A DNA stretch of 64,000 nucleotides from Pseudovirgaria hyperparasitica (taxonomy: Eukaryota): NCBI GenBank assembly GCA_010093815.1, contig ML996587.1; one strand, written 5' to 3'. Below the pieces are notes generated by a model. The model was not told the DNA's origin and made no database searches. It saw only the letters and a list, made by a program, of their open reading frames with translations. Position 1 is the stretch's first letter. Each line of letters begins with the position of its first letter. A program made the translations under genes and the position numbers. This document shows, piece by piece, positions 1 to 14,081 of this stretch.

Positions 1-582
1 CGACTTTCTTTCTTCCTCTATAATTCCTCTTAGGTTCTAGATAAGGTCCCGGAATATATAAAGAAGGGTCTTCTTTCCCTTCTTAGCGTCCCTCTCTATA
101 TATATTATCTAGTATTCGATTTTATCTAGGAGGGTCTCCCCTCTTAGGGTCCCCTCGGTCTAGGTTATCTATAGCGCTTCGTACCCTTAGTTAGTTCCTA
201 TATTTTAGATAGGTATCTAGCTATCTATATTAATGTCGCTATATAGTCGTTTCTACTATACTAGTAGGGGTATATCCGGCGTCTACTAGGGTATTATAAT
301 ACCTAAGGCCGCCATAGTTATTAGTTAAGGGCAGCCCTTAACTAATAAAAGGGGGTTAGCGTGTTAGCGTTTATTGGATATAGTCTATACTCGTGTTATT
401 AAAGAGTCTTTAAGCGTATATATATAGTGTCTCTATACGTTAGTATTATCGCGTATTATACGCTATACGTACGTACGTGTGTCGGAGGTTATTATACTCG
501 GTATACTCTATTGTTTAATGTATATAAATCGCTGTTTTGCCCCGAATTAACCAGTTTGGTCCGTTGGGGTGTGAGAAGTTTT
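1..582 (-). mobile_element. 5' end of a LINE (subfamily A), cut by the window edge
   Basis: Reverse complement of ~14082-14665. Includes the 5' terminus (ggggtgtgagaagttt), the palindrome at 318-348 and the start of ORF1. Confidence 0.9.
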
Positions 583-599
583 TTTCTATACTACTAACT

Positions 600-3500
600 A
601 TATTATAAAGGTACTTAGAGTATATAAAGAAGTAAACTTAAAGTCTAAAATACTTATAATAGCTAAAGTATAGAATAAGTTTAATCTAAGATTTAGAGTA
701 AGTATAGAGAAGCCTAGATTAAATATAGATCTAGATACCTTTTATAAATAGCTTAAATAGAAGTTATAGATCTAGCGGGAACTCTATAAGTAGAGTAAGT
801 TTAACTATTTCTATTCTAGTAAAGTATTATAAGACTAGTATCTATTAAACTACTATTCTTAGAAAGAAAAAGAAGTTAGAAATAATAACTACTTTTATAG
901 AAACCGCGGAATATAATATACTAGTAGTAGTAGATAAGAGAACTACCCTAATAAGTACTAGATAATAAAAGAAAGTAAGAAAATAATCTAAGTTATATCT
1001 TCTTAGATAAATAAGTAAAGATCTAGTAAAGAGTATAGTTAAAACTAATATTAAGGAAGAGACTATTAACTATATAATATAAACTATTAACTATATAAAG
1101 GGAATAGTAAGTATTAGCTAAAGAGCTTTAAAAAGATAATAATAACTTCTATATAAGTTAAGAGATAACTATATATAAAGCCGTAATATATCTATTATAA
1201 TATAGTATCTATAGAATTTCTTAACTAAGAAGGTTTATAGAATAAGAAAGACTTACTAGATAAAGATATAGATAGATAAGCTTAAGAGTAAGCTAAGAAA
1301 AGCTAGTTAGATAAGAAATCTTATAAGAAGTTAGCTAGAGTTTTCTTTATAAGAACTAAGGGAGTTAAGACTCTATTATTACTATTACTTAAGAAACTAT
1401 AAAGAAGTAGAAGAATAGTAGTAAAAAACTATTATATCTATAGATAAAAGTATCCTTCTAATAATAAGCTATATTAGTATATTATAGAAAAGTATCTAAA
1501 GAAGCTAGTAGATTATATATATATATAGTAGACGAGTTTCTATTATCTCTACTAGTACTATAAATTATTAAGAGTACTATAAAGTAGATAGAAACTAAAG
1601 ACTATTACTTTTATTATTAGAACTATATTATAATAAATATAATACTAAATAGTACTATAGAGCTAGAATTAATTATTATAGATACTAGAGTAAAGCTAAG
1701 TCTTATTAATAGAAACTAGCTAGCTATAGTACTACTAGATTATAAAAAGCATATTATAAAACTTATATATCTAACTATAGTTATAGATATTAGTAATAAG
1801 GTTTATAATAGTAATAAGTCTATTAAAATAACTCTAATAGTATCTACTAACTTAGAAGAAACTAATATTATAGTTACTATTAAGTATAAAGTATATATTA
1901 TTAAAAACCTAGTACTAAAACTACTAATAGATATAGATACTATTAGTCTAGAAGAAATAGATATTAAAGTTTAAAACTATATAATTACCTTTCTATATAG
2001 CTAAAATATAGTAGCTTCTATTAGTATCTATCTAAGATATAAGAGATAGTTAAATATTATAGTAAGAGTATAATACTTAGTATCTATTAAGTCTAATTTA
2101 AGAGGTATAGTTCTTATATATATATATATAACCTCTCTAATAATTATAATATACTTTTTAAACCTATAAAAGAGTATCTCTTAGCTACTAGAAAATAGTA
2201 AGCTATAATTTATATAGTAGTTATTAACTCTAGTAGTAGAGAAATTATAATTAAGAATAACGGAAATAAGACGCTTATAATTCTAAGGAATATAGTACTT
2301 AGTAAAATCTATAAACTAGATATTATAGAATACTACTAAATCTCTAATACTTATATAGACCTTACTACTCTTTCTCCCTTAGAAGCTATAAATATTAATT
2401 CTAAGCTTAAGACTTATCTTCTAAATAGAATAATACTCTATAGTAGAGAAGAGAAGACTATAAAATATAAAGAACTTATTAAAGAGTTTATAGAGTTATA
2501 GTAAGATAAAAAATCTATTATAAACTCTAGGGAAGTAAAGCTTATTCTTATAGAGGACTAATAAGAACTTAAGAAGTTATATACTAGAGTATATAATATT
2601 AGCCCTTAGAACTATAAAGTAATTAATAAAACCTTTAATAGACTTTATAATAATAATAAAATAGATTAGAGTAAAAAGTCTATATAATTTAACTTTCTAG
2701 TTTTTATTATCTAGAGAGAGGTCTATAATCTAAAGATAAATAGACTAATATAGAAACTATATATAGTAATTAATATTAGAGGCCTTAATATAATTACCGT
2801 TAAAGATTTCTATCTATTAATAAGAATAGATAATATACTCTAGGCTAGCTAAGATTACTACTATATTATAATAATAGATACTATAAGTATATTCTACTAA
2901 TAGTTAGTAAGAGAAAAAGATTATAAGTATTTTATAGTAAATATCTATAGAGGTTAAGAATATCTAAAAGTTCTTACTATAGACCATATTAATTTAGTCT
3001 AGTATATATAATAGAAACTAAATAATCTTCTATAAGAGTTTCTATAGATAAAAGTCTATATAGATAATATAGTAGTTTTCTCTAAGATATTTAAAGAGTA
3101 TATTTATTATTTATAGTAGCTATAGAGTATACTATTAGACTTTAATATATCTCTTACTATAACTAAGATATTTATTAGATATCTAAGTACTATAATCCTT
3201 ACAAAGAGAGTTAACGCCTTTAGACTATCTTTAAAGATAGAATAAATTATAGCTCTAAAAGATATATAGTTTCTAAAAGATACTATAGTACTTAAAGAAT
3301 ATCTAGAAATAGCGGGATATCTATAAGACTAGTTACTATACTATATATAGTTAGTCTTACCGCTACTAAAAGCTAGTACTAAGCTCTTCTACTATATCTC
3401 TTATAAAAAGACTTAGTAAAAAGTATAGACCTTAAAAAGGCTAGTTCTATAAACTAAAGCGCTTATTAAATTATTTTAGATAATATAAGAACTATAGAAT

Positions 3501-5760
3501 AATCTAATCTTCTATTATTACTATAAGCTATTAAGATATATATTTCTAGATATTAATACTTTAAAAGAGTATAGCTTTAGAGTCTTTATATACTATATTT
3601 ATAGAGACCTAGATCTAGTAATATTATTAGTTCTAGTTAATAATCTAGTTAATTCTAATAAGACTAATCTTAATCTACTTAACTCTCTAAGAATATTATA
3701 GCTATACTAGGTAGAATTATTTCTAAGGGGAGTAATTTAGCTAATCTTATTTCTTAGTAAAGCTATTATAGTAACTAAATAAAACTATTAGTCTATAGAA
3801 CTTAAAATAGTAGATCTAGTTTAGTTAGTAACTAAGCTTTAATATTTTATTAAATTATTAGTATAGTTTATTATATTTATAGACTATACTATAATAATAG
3901 CTATTACTTATTAGATAAAGCTCTCTAGTATAGCTACGGACTATAAGAATATCTATTTTATTTAAGTAGTATAATATCTATTATAATATAAGCTTAATAT
4001 CTAATACTAGTCTAGTAGAAACTATATTATACTAGACGCTCTTAGTAGACTTATAAGTATAGCGCTAGCCGTAGAAGATAATATACTAGATAAGATTATA
4101 TAGACTTTTATAATTAGTAGTAATAAAGAGATAATTACTAAATTTATCTATGTCTATTACGTAGTCTTAATTAAAATAGTAGATAAATTTAAGAATTATC
4201 TATAAAAAGCTTATAAAGAAGATAAGACTTAGAATAAAGTATATAAAGTACTAATTAAAGAAGATACTCTCTAATAAGAAGATAAGACTATACTAATATA
4301 TATTAACTTCTCTAAAGGCGAATTACTACTAAAAGAGAAATTATAACTACTAGATAGGCTAAAGTTCTTTATAAAAGATAGTATAATTTATAATATTAAT
4401 TATAGTAATAATTATAAGAGATTATATATTCTATATTCTCTTCTAGACGAGATCTTTAATATACTATATAATTATAATTTCTATTAAGAAGAGAATAGAC
4501 TATATAAGAGAGTATCTACGTTCTTTTATATATACTACCTTTTAAAAGAGATTAAAGTCTATATTAAATTTTATAAGTAATATAATAAGATAGAAATCTC
4601 TTAATAATAGCTATATAGAAGTTTTACTTCTATTATAACTTAGTATATACTATTTAGAACTATATATCTTAATCTTATTACTACTCTATCTAAAATAGTA
4701 ATAGATTATAATACTCTAGTATCTATTATCTATAAAGCTATAAAAAGAATACTAGTTATTCTAGAATATACTAACTAGAGTACTAAAGAATAGACTAGTC
4801 TAATTCTACTAAACCTCGTTAAATATAATTAGAGAATTCTAGCTAAAATTATTTTAGATAGAGATATAAGATAGCTCTTAGTCTTCTAGTAAAAGGTCTT
4901 TACTATACTAGAAGTTAAATTTATAATATATACTATATATTATCTATAAATAGATAGGTAGATAGAGAGAACGAACTAATCTATAGAGATTAGAATTTAC
5001 TTTATAGTTACTAAGAATTCTAATAAAGATTAGAATATCTACTTACTATTTCTATAAGGCTTTATAAATAATACTATAAATAAAACTACTAGTATATCTC
5101 TAAATAAGTAACTATATAGTTTTAAAGTTAAAGATAGTATAGATATACTATATAAATTACCTTCTAAAGATTATAAATTACTCTACTTAAAGAATAGAGA
5201 AATAGCTACTAAAGCTACTAGCTTTATAGCGGTTATAATAAAGTACTACTATAATAAAAAAATATAAGCCTCTTTATCTAAAACCCGAAGCTAAAGTCTA
5301 TCTATAACTCTACTATAGTTACTATATCTATAGATACGTAAATAGAAAGTTTAATATTTAGAGAACTAGTCTATTTAAGATTTTAAGATATATTAGAAAT
5401 AATATATATAAACTTAATCTACTAGAAAGTATAAAAATTTATTCTATAGTATCGGTTAGCTAGCTAGTACTATATTTACCTAGTATAGATCTATTTAGAT
5501 ATAACTATAGTACTAATAAACTATCTAGTATCTTTACTAAAGATAATCTAGATAAATATCTATCTTATAAGATTAAAAAGTTTCTTAACTAATACTAGAA
5601 TTAAAGTATAAAGAAAAGATAGTACCTAGTTAAATAGAAGAGCTAGAGTCTAATTTATAACTAATAGTATAATAAAGAAGACCTTAGAGATATCCATGAA
5701 CTTTAAGAGGAATTTAATATAATATATCTAACCTTAAAAATAGAGATAAGAAACTATAAG
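600..5760 (+). mobile_element. RIP-degraded Ty3/Gypsy gag-pol (protease, RT, RNase H, integrase, chromodomain)
   Basis: Motifs after mentally reverting RIP: IDTG ~1680; FPVFVVWR ~2695; VIDIRGLN ~2765; YIDDIVVF ~3057; YHPQTDGQTERTNQ ~4940; YEIEK..YLVKWKGW ~5570-5650. No LTRs identified; boundaries approximate. Confidence 0.8.
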
Positions 5761-7754
5761 AGAGAATCTAGATAAAAGGAATTTATAGTCTTAAGTACTA
5801 AGAGACGTTTCTTATATAGTATTAAAATTCTAGCTTAGATTAGAAACTAAAATGTTCTAACCTAAGATAGATAGAATTCTAAATTATTATTAATAATATA
5901 TATATATTCCTTCTTTTATAGTTACCCTTTAGAAGTATAAGCGTCTATTAAAGTATTATATCTAATATTAGATATATTATAAATCTAAAAAATATACTAT
6001 ACTAAAACCGTATCTATATATAAGACTATTTCTATAATTATATTCCCTAAATATTTATAATACTAGTAAGTAAGATAATATAATAGTCTAAGAAGAACGG
6101 AATCTATAAAGAAAGGCGTAGTAATATTATTTATTACTATATATCTATAAGCTTAAACGAATTCTTAATATATAGTAGTACGAATTCTATAAGAACGGTA
6201 GAGTATTCTTATAGTACTATATCTATATAGATTAATACTCGGATTAGAGAACGCCTTTCTTACTATATAATATCTTAATTAATTATTAAGTATATAATAT
6301 AGACTACTATCTAGTATCTATTAAGAGGAATATATTACTATATATAATACTAATAACGGAGGTAATACTATTTAGTAGTTATAAATAATTATTACTATAC
6401 TTACTACTATTAGTTCTCTTAATAAGATAATTCTAGTACTAGTAAATATAATCCTAGTAAAGAGAAGAGTTTACTCTACTATTAAAGAAAGGTAGTAATA
6501 GTAATATTACGCTCGCGAATACTCTTACTACTAAGCTTAGTTTATCTTCTACTTACTTATCCTTAACTTAACGTATAACTTATCTCTCTATTCTCTATCT
6601 TAATCTTATAGTCTTATAGAGACTCTAGCTTAATAAGTTTTATCTATAATCTTAAATAACTATTAATTCCTTCTTACTCTTATATCTATAGTAAATAAAG
6701 ATAGTATAGAGTAAAGATAATAAAGCTAAAGTTACCTTAGATAATAAAAACGCCTTAACTCTACTAAAACTAGTTACTAAGAGAGGTTATAAATAAAAGC
6801 TAAAAGGAAATAAAGGTAATAGAGGTTATTTAGTAAGTAAAATTAATAAAGAAAAGATTATAAAGAGTAAGAAGTTATGAATTAAGAAGTCTACCGCCTT
6901 AAAATATAATATAGTTTCTATTATAACTTAAGTAGTATATAGAAAGTACCCTTATATAAAAGAAGTAATAAGTAGTATTATTAGAACTATATAATTAGAA
7001 ACCTTTCTATTCTATAAAGTATATATTAGAATTAATATAGAATAAAAAGAAAGCTTTAATAGTAGATATAATAAACGAAAACTAGTCTATAATTATTCTA
7101 CCTTAGAAATTATAGTTAAAGGCCTCTGATTTATAATACTAACTTATAGTATCTACCTTTCTAATAAGTATAAACTCGAGATTTATATAGTATTAGTATT
7201 CTATAGAAAACTTAATAATATCTTTTACTAGAAGAATATTATAAATAGATTTATAGTATTATTTTAAGTATTAAAGACTTAGTCTTTAAAGAAAGTATTA
7301 CCTTTTATAATAAAGAAAGGTAACAATTTCTATATTCTACTATAAAAGTTAGACCCTCTCTATAAAGATAGATACTTATACTATAATAATAAAGGAAAGT
7401 TAGTTATAGTTAATAGAAAGTTCTACTATCTTATTATTAGTTAGTATATACTCTATAAGAAGTAACTAATTCTTACTAATACTAATATTAAGAATTCTAT
7501 CTAGTAGAACCCTTCTCTTCTAAAGTATAGGGTTTATTATTTAAATATAGAGGTATTATAAATAGTATTATATAAGCTTTATTAGATTAACCTTCTATAT
7601 AGAGAAGATAAGAGAGTTATATAAAATCTAAAAGGGCTAACTATACTATCTAATATTACTATACTATATTATATTATAATTAAGAAGAAAAATAAGCTTA
7701 AGATCTTAAGGAAGGGTAAATAAAAGGCGTATAATAAGTATAGTATAAGGTATA

Positions 7755-10700
7755 ATAATAATAATAATATTATATAACTAGATAGAGTAGTCTACTCTAT
7801 AGATATATATCTTCTCTAGTCTAAGCTATTATATAAGAAGAAACCTCTATAAGAGAAAAAACTCCCTTCTCTCTATAACTATATCTTATTAAGTCTTTAT
7901 ATTATCTTAAGTATATAGCTATAAAAAATATCTATAGACCTATAATCTATAGTATTATTATTTTATTCTTAGATAGTATATATAGAGTATAAGGGTTATT
8001 AGTTAAGGGTTAATCTTAACTAATAATTAGAGTTCTTCTAGGGTTCTTCTAGCGTATACTAGAGTCTATCTAGTATATATCTAGTTTCTTCTAATATATA
8101 TATCTAGGTCTATTAGTATTAAGGGAGTAGAAGATATATAAGTATCTATCTAGTAATCTTCTTAGAGTACTTATTAAGCTAGTATATAATATTAGAGGTT
8201 CTTATTATATAGATAAGTAATTATCTTTATATATAGAGGTCTAGATATATTATAAGATAATATTATATTATATCTCTCTAGCTATATATTTTATACTATA
8301 GAGATATATCTAGAATACCCCTCTAGTATAGATAATATAGAAGTTCTATAGCTTCCGTTTAGACTTAGAGAAGGATAGATATCTAGACTTTTATAAGCTC
8401 TTTATATATCTATTTACTTAGTGTCTTCTATAGTTCTTAAATCTACTCTAGATATCTTTTCTATTAGAATATCTAATAGATTTAGAGAGCTTCTCTCTAT
8501 TTATTCTAGATCTATAACTATATAGTCTATATAAGCTTCTAAGGGTTCTACTAGTCTAGAGAGATATCTAGATTATCTTTAGTCTCTTATATAATCTAAC
8601 TTAGGTCTATCTCTATTAGATACTTATACTATATATAAGTCTAGTCTATATATAGAAGTACTTAATAGTAGATACTAACTTATATATATAGTATAGTAAA
8701 AGTATATTCTATATATTCTATATATTTTTATACTTATTATTTAGTAAAGTATATTACCCTCTACATCTAATAGAAGTTCTATGTACTTATTATATTTATC
8801 TTATATTATAATAATACTATATTAGTACCTTTATATATACTAGATATAAGATAGAGTATATAGTTCTATATAGACTTAAGTTTTATTTATCTAGCTTATA
8901 TAAGGGCTATATACTAGTACTTATATCTATATATAAAGACGGGTCTTACTATAGAGATATATAGCTAGTACGCCTTATTCTAGGTAGTTCTCTATATAGA
9001 GACTATAATCTAGTATATAGTAGCTTCTACTCTAAGAGCTCTAGATATAGTATATATAACTTATAGTCTCTATTTAAGCTTATTATTAATTATAATACCT
9101 AGTATATATATACTCTATATTAGTAGCTTAGTAAAAGTATCTATTCTAGAATATTACTCTCCCTTCTTAGTAGTCTATCTTCTATAGTAGTTAATAAAGT
9201 ATATAAGTTAGTATTTCTTAGAGGCAAACTTTACTCTATGGCGCTTTATCTACTAGATATATCTCTTATAGTCTTATTTAAGGCGTTTATATATTAAACT
9301 AGTATTATTATTAATAGCTAGAAGATATATATTATTAGCGTATTCTACTACCTCTATATATTATATTCTCTATAGAAGGTCTATAGTAAAGAAGAGAAAG
9401 AGGATTAGGGAGATAGTACTTCCTTATAGAATACTATATATTATCTTCTTATATTTACTTTAATATCTAGGGATATATATCTAGGTAATTCTTTTAGTAA
9501 GAAAGAACTATATAAACTTTATAATCTATTTAGATATATATCTCTTCTATAGATTATTAATAAGTCTTATATAGTTTATCTTATTAAATACGCTAGCTAT
9601 ATTAAGAGAGAGTAGTATTACTATATATCTCTACTTATATATAGTCTAGATAACTTTAAGAATATATTAAATAGTAGTAATTAGAGAGCTTCTAGTCTTT
9701 ACCTTCTAGTTTACTAGAAGAAGATTATATTTCTATACTATAATACTTATCTTCTTTATAATTATAGTCTTAAGTATCTTACTAAGATAGAAGAGAAGAG
9801 TAATTAGTCTCTATTCTTTTAGAGAGTTAGAATTCTTCTCTACCTTTAGAAGTATAATAGTATAGATAGTCTAGAAACTTTAGAGATAGTATCTATTCTT
9901 AGTATATATCTAGAAGATAAGACTAATAAGTAGTAGGGTTATCTATATAGTATATTTAAGGCATCTATTTAGTATTCTATCTAGTCTAGATACTTTATTA
10001 TTTAGAAGTACTTTAATAGTATTAAGTATATCCCCTTCTATAATCTCTATAGAGATATTAACTATATCTAGATATATAGTATTATTAATATTAGATAGAT
10101 CTACTAGCTCTAGAGAGAGAAATATAACTTTATAGAGAATCTCTATCTTTTCTAGACTTATAGTATATGTTCTTTTCTAGTATATTAGAGGAGGTATTAG
10201 TAGTAGTAGCGTTAGCGCGTCCGCGCTCTTAGTCTACTTTACTATATACTATAGCTCTATAGCTTATTATATATATTTATTAGTAATTATATACTAGTAT
10301 TTATATTATTTATTATAGAGGGTTCTATTATAAGATTAGACTATCTCTTTCTATTTCTTCTATACCTTAGCTATCTAGATATAGTATATATATATATGGT
10401 CTCTAGGCTTCCCGTCTACTTTTATATATTTAAGGTATATCTCTTATATCTAGAGACTTATATATTTAGTATAGTATATATTTATCTCTTAAGTCTTAGA
10501 AGGCTTAAAGAAGAACTTATATAGCTCTATCTATAGCTAGACTATTAGATATATCGACTATAGAAGAATCTAGAATTACTAATCCTAGGTCCTCTCTATA
10601 TTTCTTCTAGTTAGTATCTTTTTAGAGCTATCTTCTCTATTATTTATTAGATATAGCTATATCTATTATAGTCTCTATATAATTATAGTTAGAGTTTATC

Positions 10701-12334
10701 TATATCTTACTTAGGCGGTAGTATTATACTCTATAGCTTATATATTCTATAGTAAGAGTAAGGTTAAGTATAGATCCCTTCTTATTCTATTTATATTTTC
10801 TCTATATAATTTATCTAACTAGTATAAGAAGATATAGAAGGTTATAGTACCTTATATATAGTTCCCTTACTCTAAGCTCTTCTCTAGTAACTATTAGATC
10901 TCTCTACTATCTATAGTAGAGATTAAAGTTACCTAGAAGGATATATTATTCTAGTACTATAATACTCTCTAGTATAGTATCTAGTATAAGTAATTCTCTC
11001 TAGTTATAGATATTATAGATATAGAGGGGTCCTATATTTATCTAGAGATATAGTATTATTTAGAGATTATTCTATTCTATATAGAACTACTTAGAGAGTA
11101 GGATTAATTTATATATATAGAATAGAACTCTTCTATCTAGACTTAGAGAATAGATAGTATATTACTCTAGGTATATTATTAGTTTATTAGTTTAGTAGTA
11201 TTTATATAGCTTCTAGATAGCTATTATTATAGTATCTATCTCTTTAAGAAGTATAGCCTAGTTTTCCTATTTATATTATATATTTATCTATATAATAATA
11301 AGTATATCTTAGCCCCTTATTAGATACTAGAGAATATTTAGATCTATATACTAGTAGTATTAAGGCGTAACTATCCCCGTACTATAGCTACTTTAAGAAT
11401 ACCCTAGAGTTAATCTATCTTTCTCTATATAGTATATTATTATATATTATTATCCCCCCCTTATAGATTAGTAGATATAATTATAGATAAGGTTAGAGTA
11501 GATAGTAGAGACTTTATAGTCTAGTATATCTACCTTACTTCTCTTACCTTTATAGTATTAATATACTTAGTAACTTATTTATATTTTATATATATTACTA
11601 ACTAGGATAGATATTTTCTATTATAGTTAGAGTATTTAGTAGTATCTCTATTATATATACTATTACTCTAGGTTCTATAGAGGTATTTCTAGATACTATA
11701 GCTCTAATAATACTAGTTATATATAGCCTTTTAAGAGTATCTCTATCTAGTATATCTATACTCCTAATAGTTAAAGTATTAGATTATTATCTATATCTAA
11801 TTCTATAGTTCTACTATAAGTAGTTTCTCTTTAGCTAAGAAGTCTTCTTATATAATTCTATAGATAAAAGTAGAGTCTCTAAGCTCTACTATTATAGTAG
11901 AGTATTTTTTTAATTTTATCTTAATTTCCTATATAATTTTCTACTATACCCTTATAATTTTCATTCTAGGGTATTTCTAGTTATTAGATCTCTCTATTTA
12001 CTTAATATTATTATTTCTAATAATATAGTTCTAGATAGAGATAGTATATACCTATATTAGATATATATTTATATAGATAGATATACTAGAGAAGATATTA
12101 TTTATTATATTTAGGTTATAGAAGATAGTCTAGTAGACTATATTAGTAGTAGTTATAAGGACTATATCTTCTAGGGTAAGTTTAGCTATAACTATATTTA
12201 ACTATATTTCTTTCTATTTATTAATTTTATTAATAATATTCTTTAGAGATATCTACTAGACTTATATAAGTACTTTCTTATTCTAGATAGTATTTTATAT
12301 ACTATATACTTCTTTCTTAGATATTCTTAGTATT
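7755..12334 (-). mobile_element. Old LINE (subfamily C), 3' part: (AAT)n tail, ORF2 and most of ORF1
   Basis: Collinear with the LINEs at 24032-29354 and 35601-40892 but more heavily mutated. Left TSD tatagtataaggtata at 7739-7754. Interrupted at 12335 by a Gypsy LTR. Confidence 0.85.
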
Positions 12335-12545
12335 TATAATAAACCTTCTCTAGTAAGGATGTAGCTTATCCCTAAAGTAGTCCGTTATATAGAGTATTCT
12401 AGCTTTTCTAAAGGTAAAGGTACTTAGAAGGCTTAGAAGAGTATAAGTAGGTTTATAGTAAGTATTAATAGAGTATAAATAGTAACTAGCTAGTAGGCGA
12501 GTAAAGTAGTAATTATATTAGTATAAGTTTAAACTAATTACTATA

Positions 12546-13486
12546 ATAATAATAATAATATTAGTGTTTAACTAGGAAGAACTATATATATAGCCATATA
12601 TATGCTCCACAGGCTCAGGCCTCCTCTAGTATTGGCTGCTATATATATAAGAAAACCTCCTATGATTAGCTCCCTAACTAGACCCTATTACTAACCTAAC
12701 CTAGCCTAGTCTAAGTCCTCGAATCCCATTAGGTAACAAACTTACTTCTTATCCTTATATTAGGCTTTTATTACTATATTAGTACCGGCTCTTAATAACG
12801 CCCTAACTAACTATAGTACGTATTACCTTTCTTATGATTAGATAGGTCGCTAGGCTAGGCCTAGTCTTTTATTCCTATGTTACCGTGTTTTTTCCTATCC
12901 ATAGGAATATAGCTTTACGCCGGGCAGTAGTTATTAATTAAGATAACTAATACCGGAGGGGGTATATATCTAATAGGTCCATGCCTTAGCACTAACCCTA
13001 GCTAGGCCGAATTCGGAAATTATTCTTTGGGGCTATGTAATCGTCTATAGATAGGCGGGATACTTAATTAGATATTACCGTCTATTTCGTGGTTACCGAG
13101 CCGGAGTAAGCGCGAGCTAAGCCGGATTAGAGTAGATAAGGCCCTAGTATATAGTGAAAATTCTATGATTCGAGCTAAGCTAGTTATAGGTCTAGCCGCT
13201 CTAGGCGTTACTCTACCACTTAAGGTAGCTTAGTAGGTGGCTATATTAGGTAATTTTCATTATGTAATAACGGTATAGTCATTTTCACATTACCTAATGG
13301 TCGCTTAGGACTAAGTAGTTATATAACGGTAACCTTCACGTCACGTGCTCGCTTAGCCCCGTATACTTTTTAATAGAGCGTGTAAAAACTAGTATGTAAA
13401 AAGGTGGCCGTTGTAGGATTCGAACCTACGACGTTAGATAACAAACGCTTCTAGTAACGTAGTATACTACTACTACGCCACCTAGC
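12546..13486 (-). mobile_element. tRNA-derived SINE (~940 bp) with LINE-like 3' end and (TAT)n tail
   Basis: 16-bp TSD taaa(c/t)taattactata at 12530-12545 and 13487-13502; the empty site is present in the sister LTR at ~29918-29933. tRNA-like head at 13405-13486; tail at 12546-12560. Confidence 0.85.
13405..13486 (-). pseudogene. tRNA-like head of the SINE (Pol III A and B boxes)
   Basis: Minus strand reads GCTAGG TGGCGTAGTAG...GTAGG TTCGAAT CCTAC AACGGCCA: A-box-like TGGCGTAGTAG, perfect T-arm with B box GGTTCGAATCC. Acceptor stem imperfect; isotype not assignable. Confidence 0.8.
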
Positions 13487-14081
13487 TAAATTAATTACTA
13501 TAGAACTATCTCTAGAGGTTAGGTTTAAAGAGTCTATATAGTTCTACTAAGGTCCTTTAATTAGAATACTCATTCTAAGTATCTAGTATATTACTTAGAA
13601 TATTAGTATTCTATTTCTAATTACTTAGTAGACTACTTAGAATATCTATTCTAAGTATCTATAATTAGCTCTCCCTATAGATATCTATCTTAGCCTTAAG
13701 TCGTTTTCTAAGGCTACCTATAGTATTATAAGTACCCCTTCTATATATTATACTATCTCTTATACTACTTATACTAGAGTCTATATATTCATCTATAGTT
13801 ATAGCTAGTAGTTTATTATATAATACCCCTTCTAAGGTACTTTATCCCGAAGTACTTCTATTACTACTTATAAGTAGATAGTTATTCTAACTTCCTCTAG
13901 TAAGGAGCTCCTTTTTCTTTTCTTTTATTATATCTAGAGTTATAAAATTAGTTAAGTCTTCTAAGTATAATCCGGTAAAACGGAGAGTTACTTTATCTAT
14001 CTTAATTAATTATAAGGGCAATAAAATACCTTTCCCTTACTTATTTTATAAGAAATATAGTTTAACTTATAGAGCGGTATT

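Larger units (their letters stand above)
12335..13820 (-). repeat. 3' LTR of the Gypsy element, split by a SINE insertion
   Basis: Matches 29723-30251 once 12546-13502 is removed. Terminal inverted repeats tataataaac...gtttattata, consistent with RIP-converted TG...CA ends. Confidence 0.9.

Noticed and set aside
13405..13486. Functional tRNA gene
   Set aside because: Acceptor and anticodon arms are imperfect, and it is the 5' end of a TSD-bounded insertion absent from the sister LTR.
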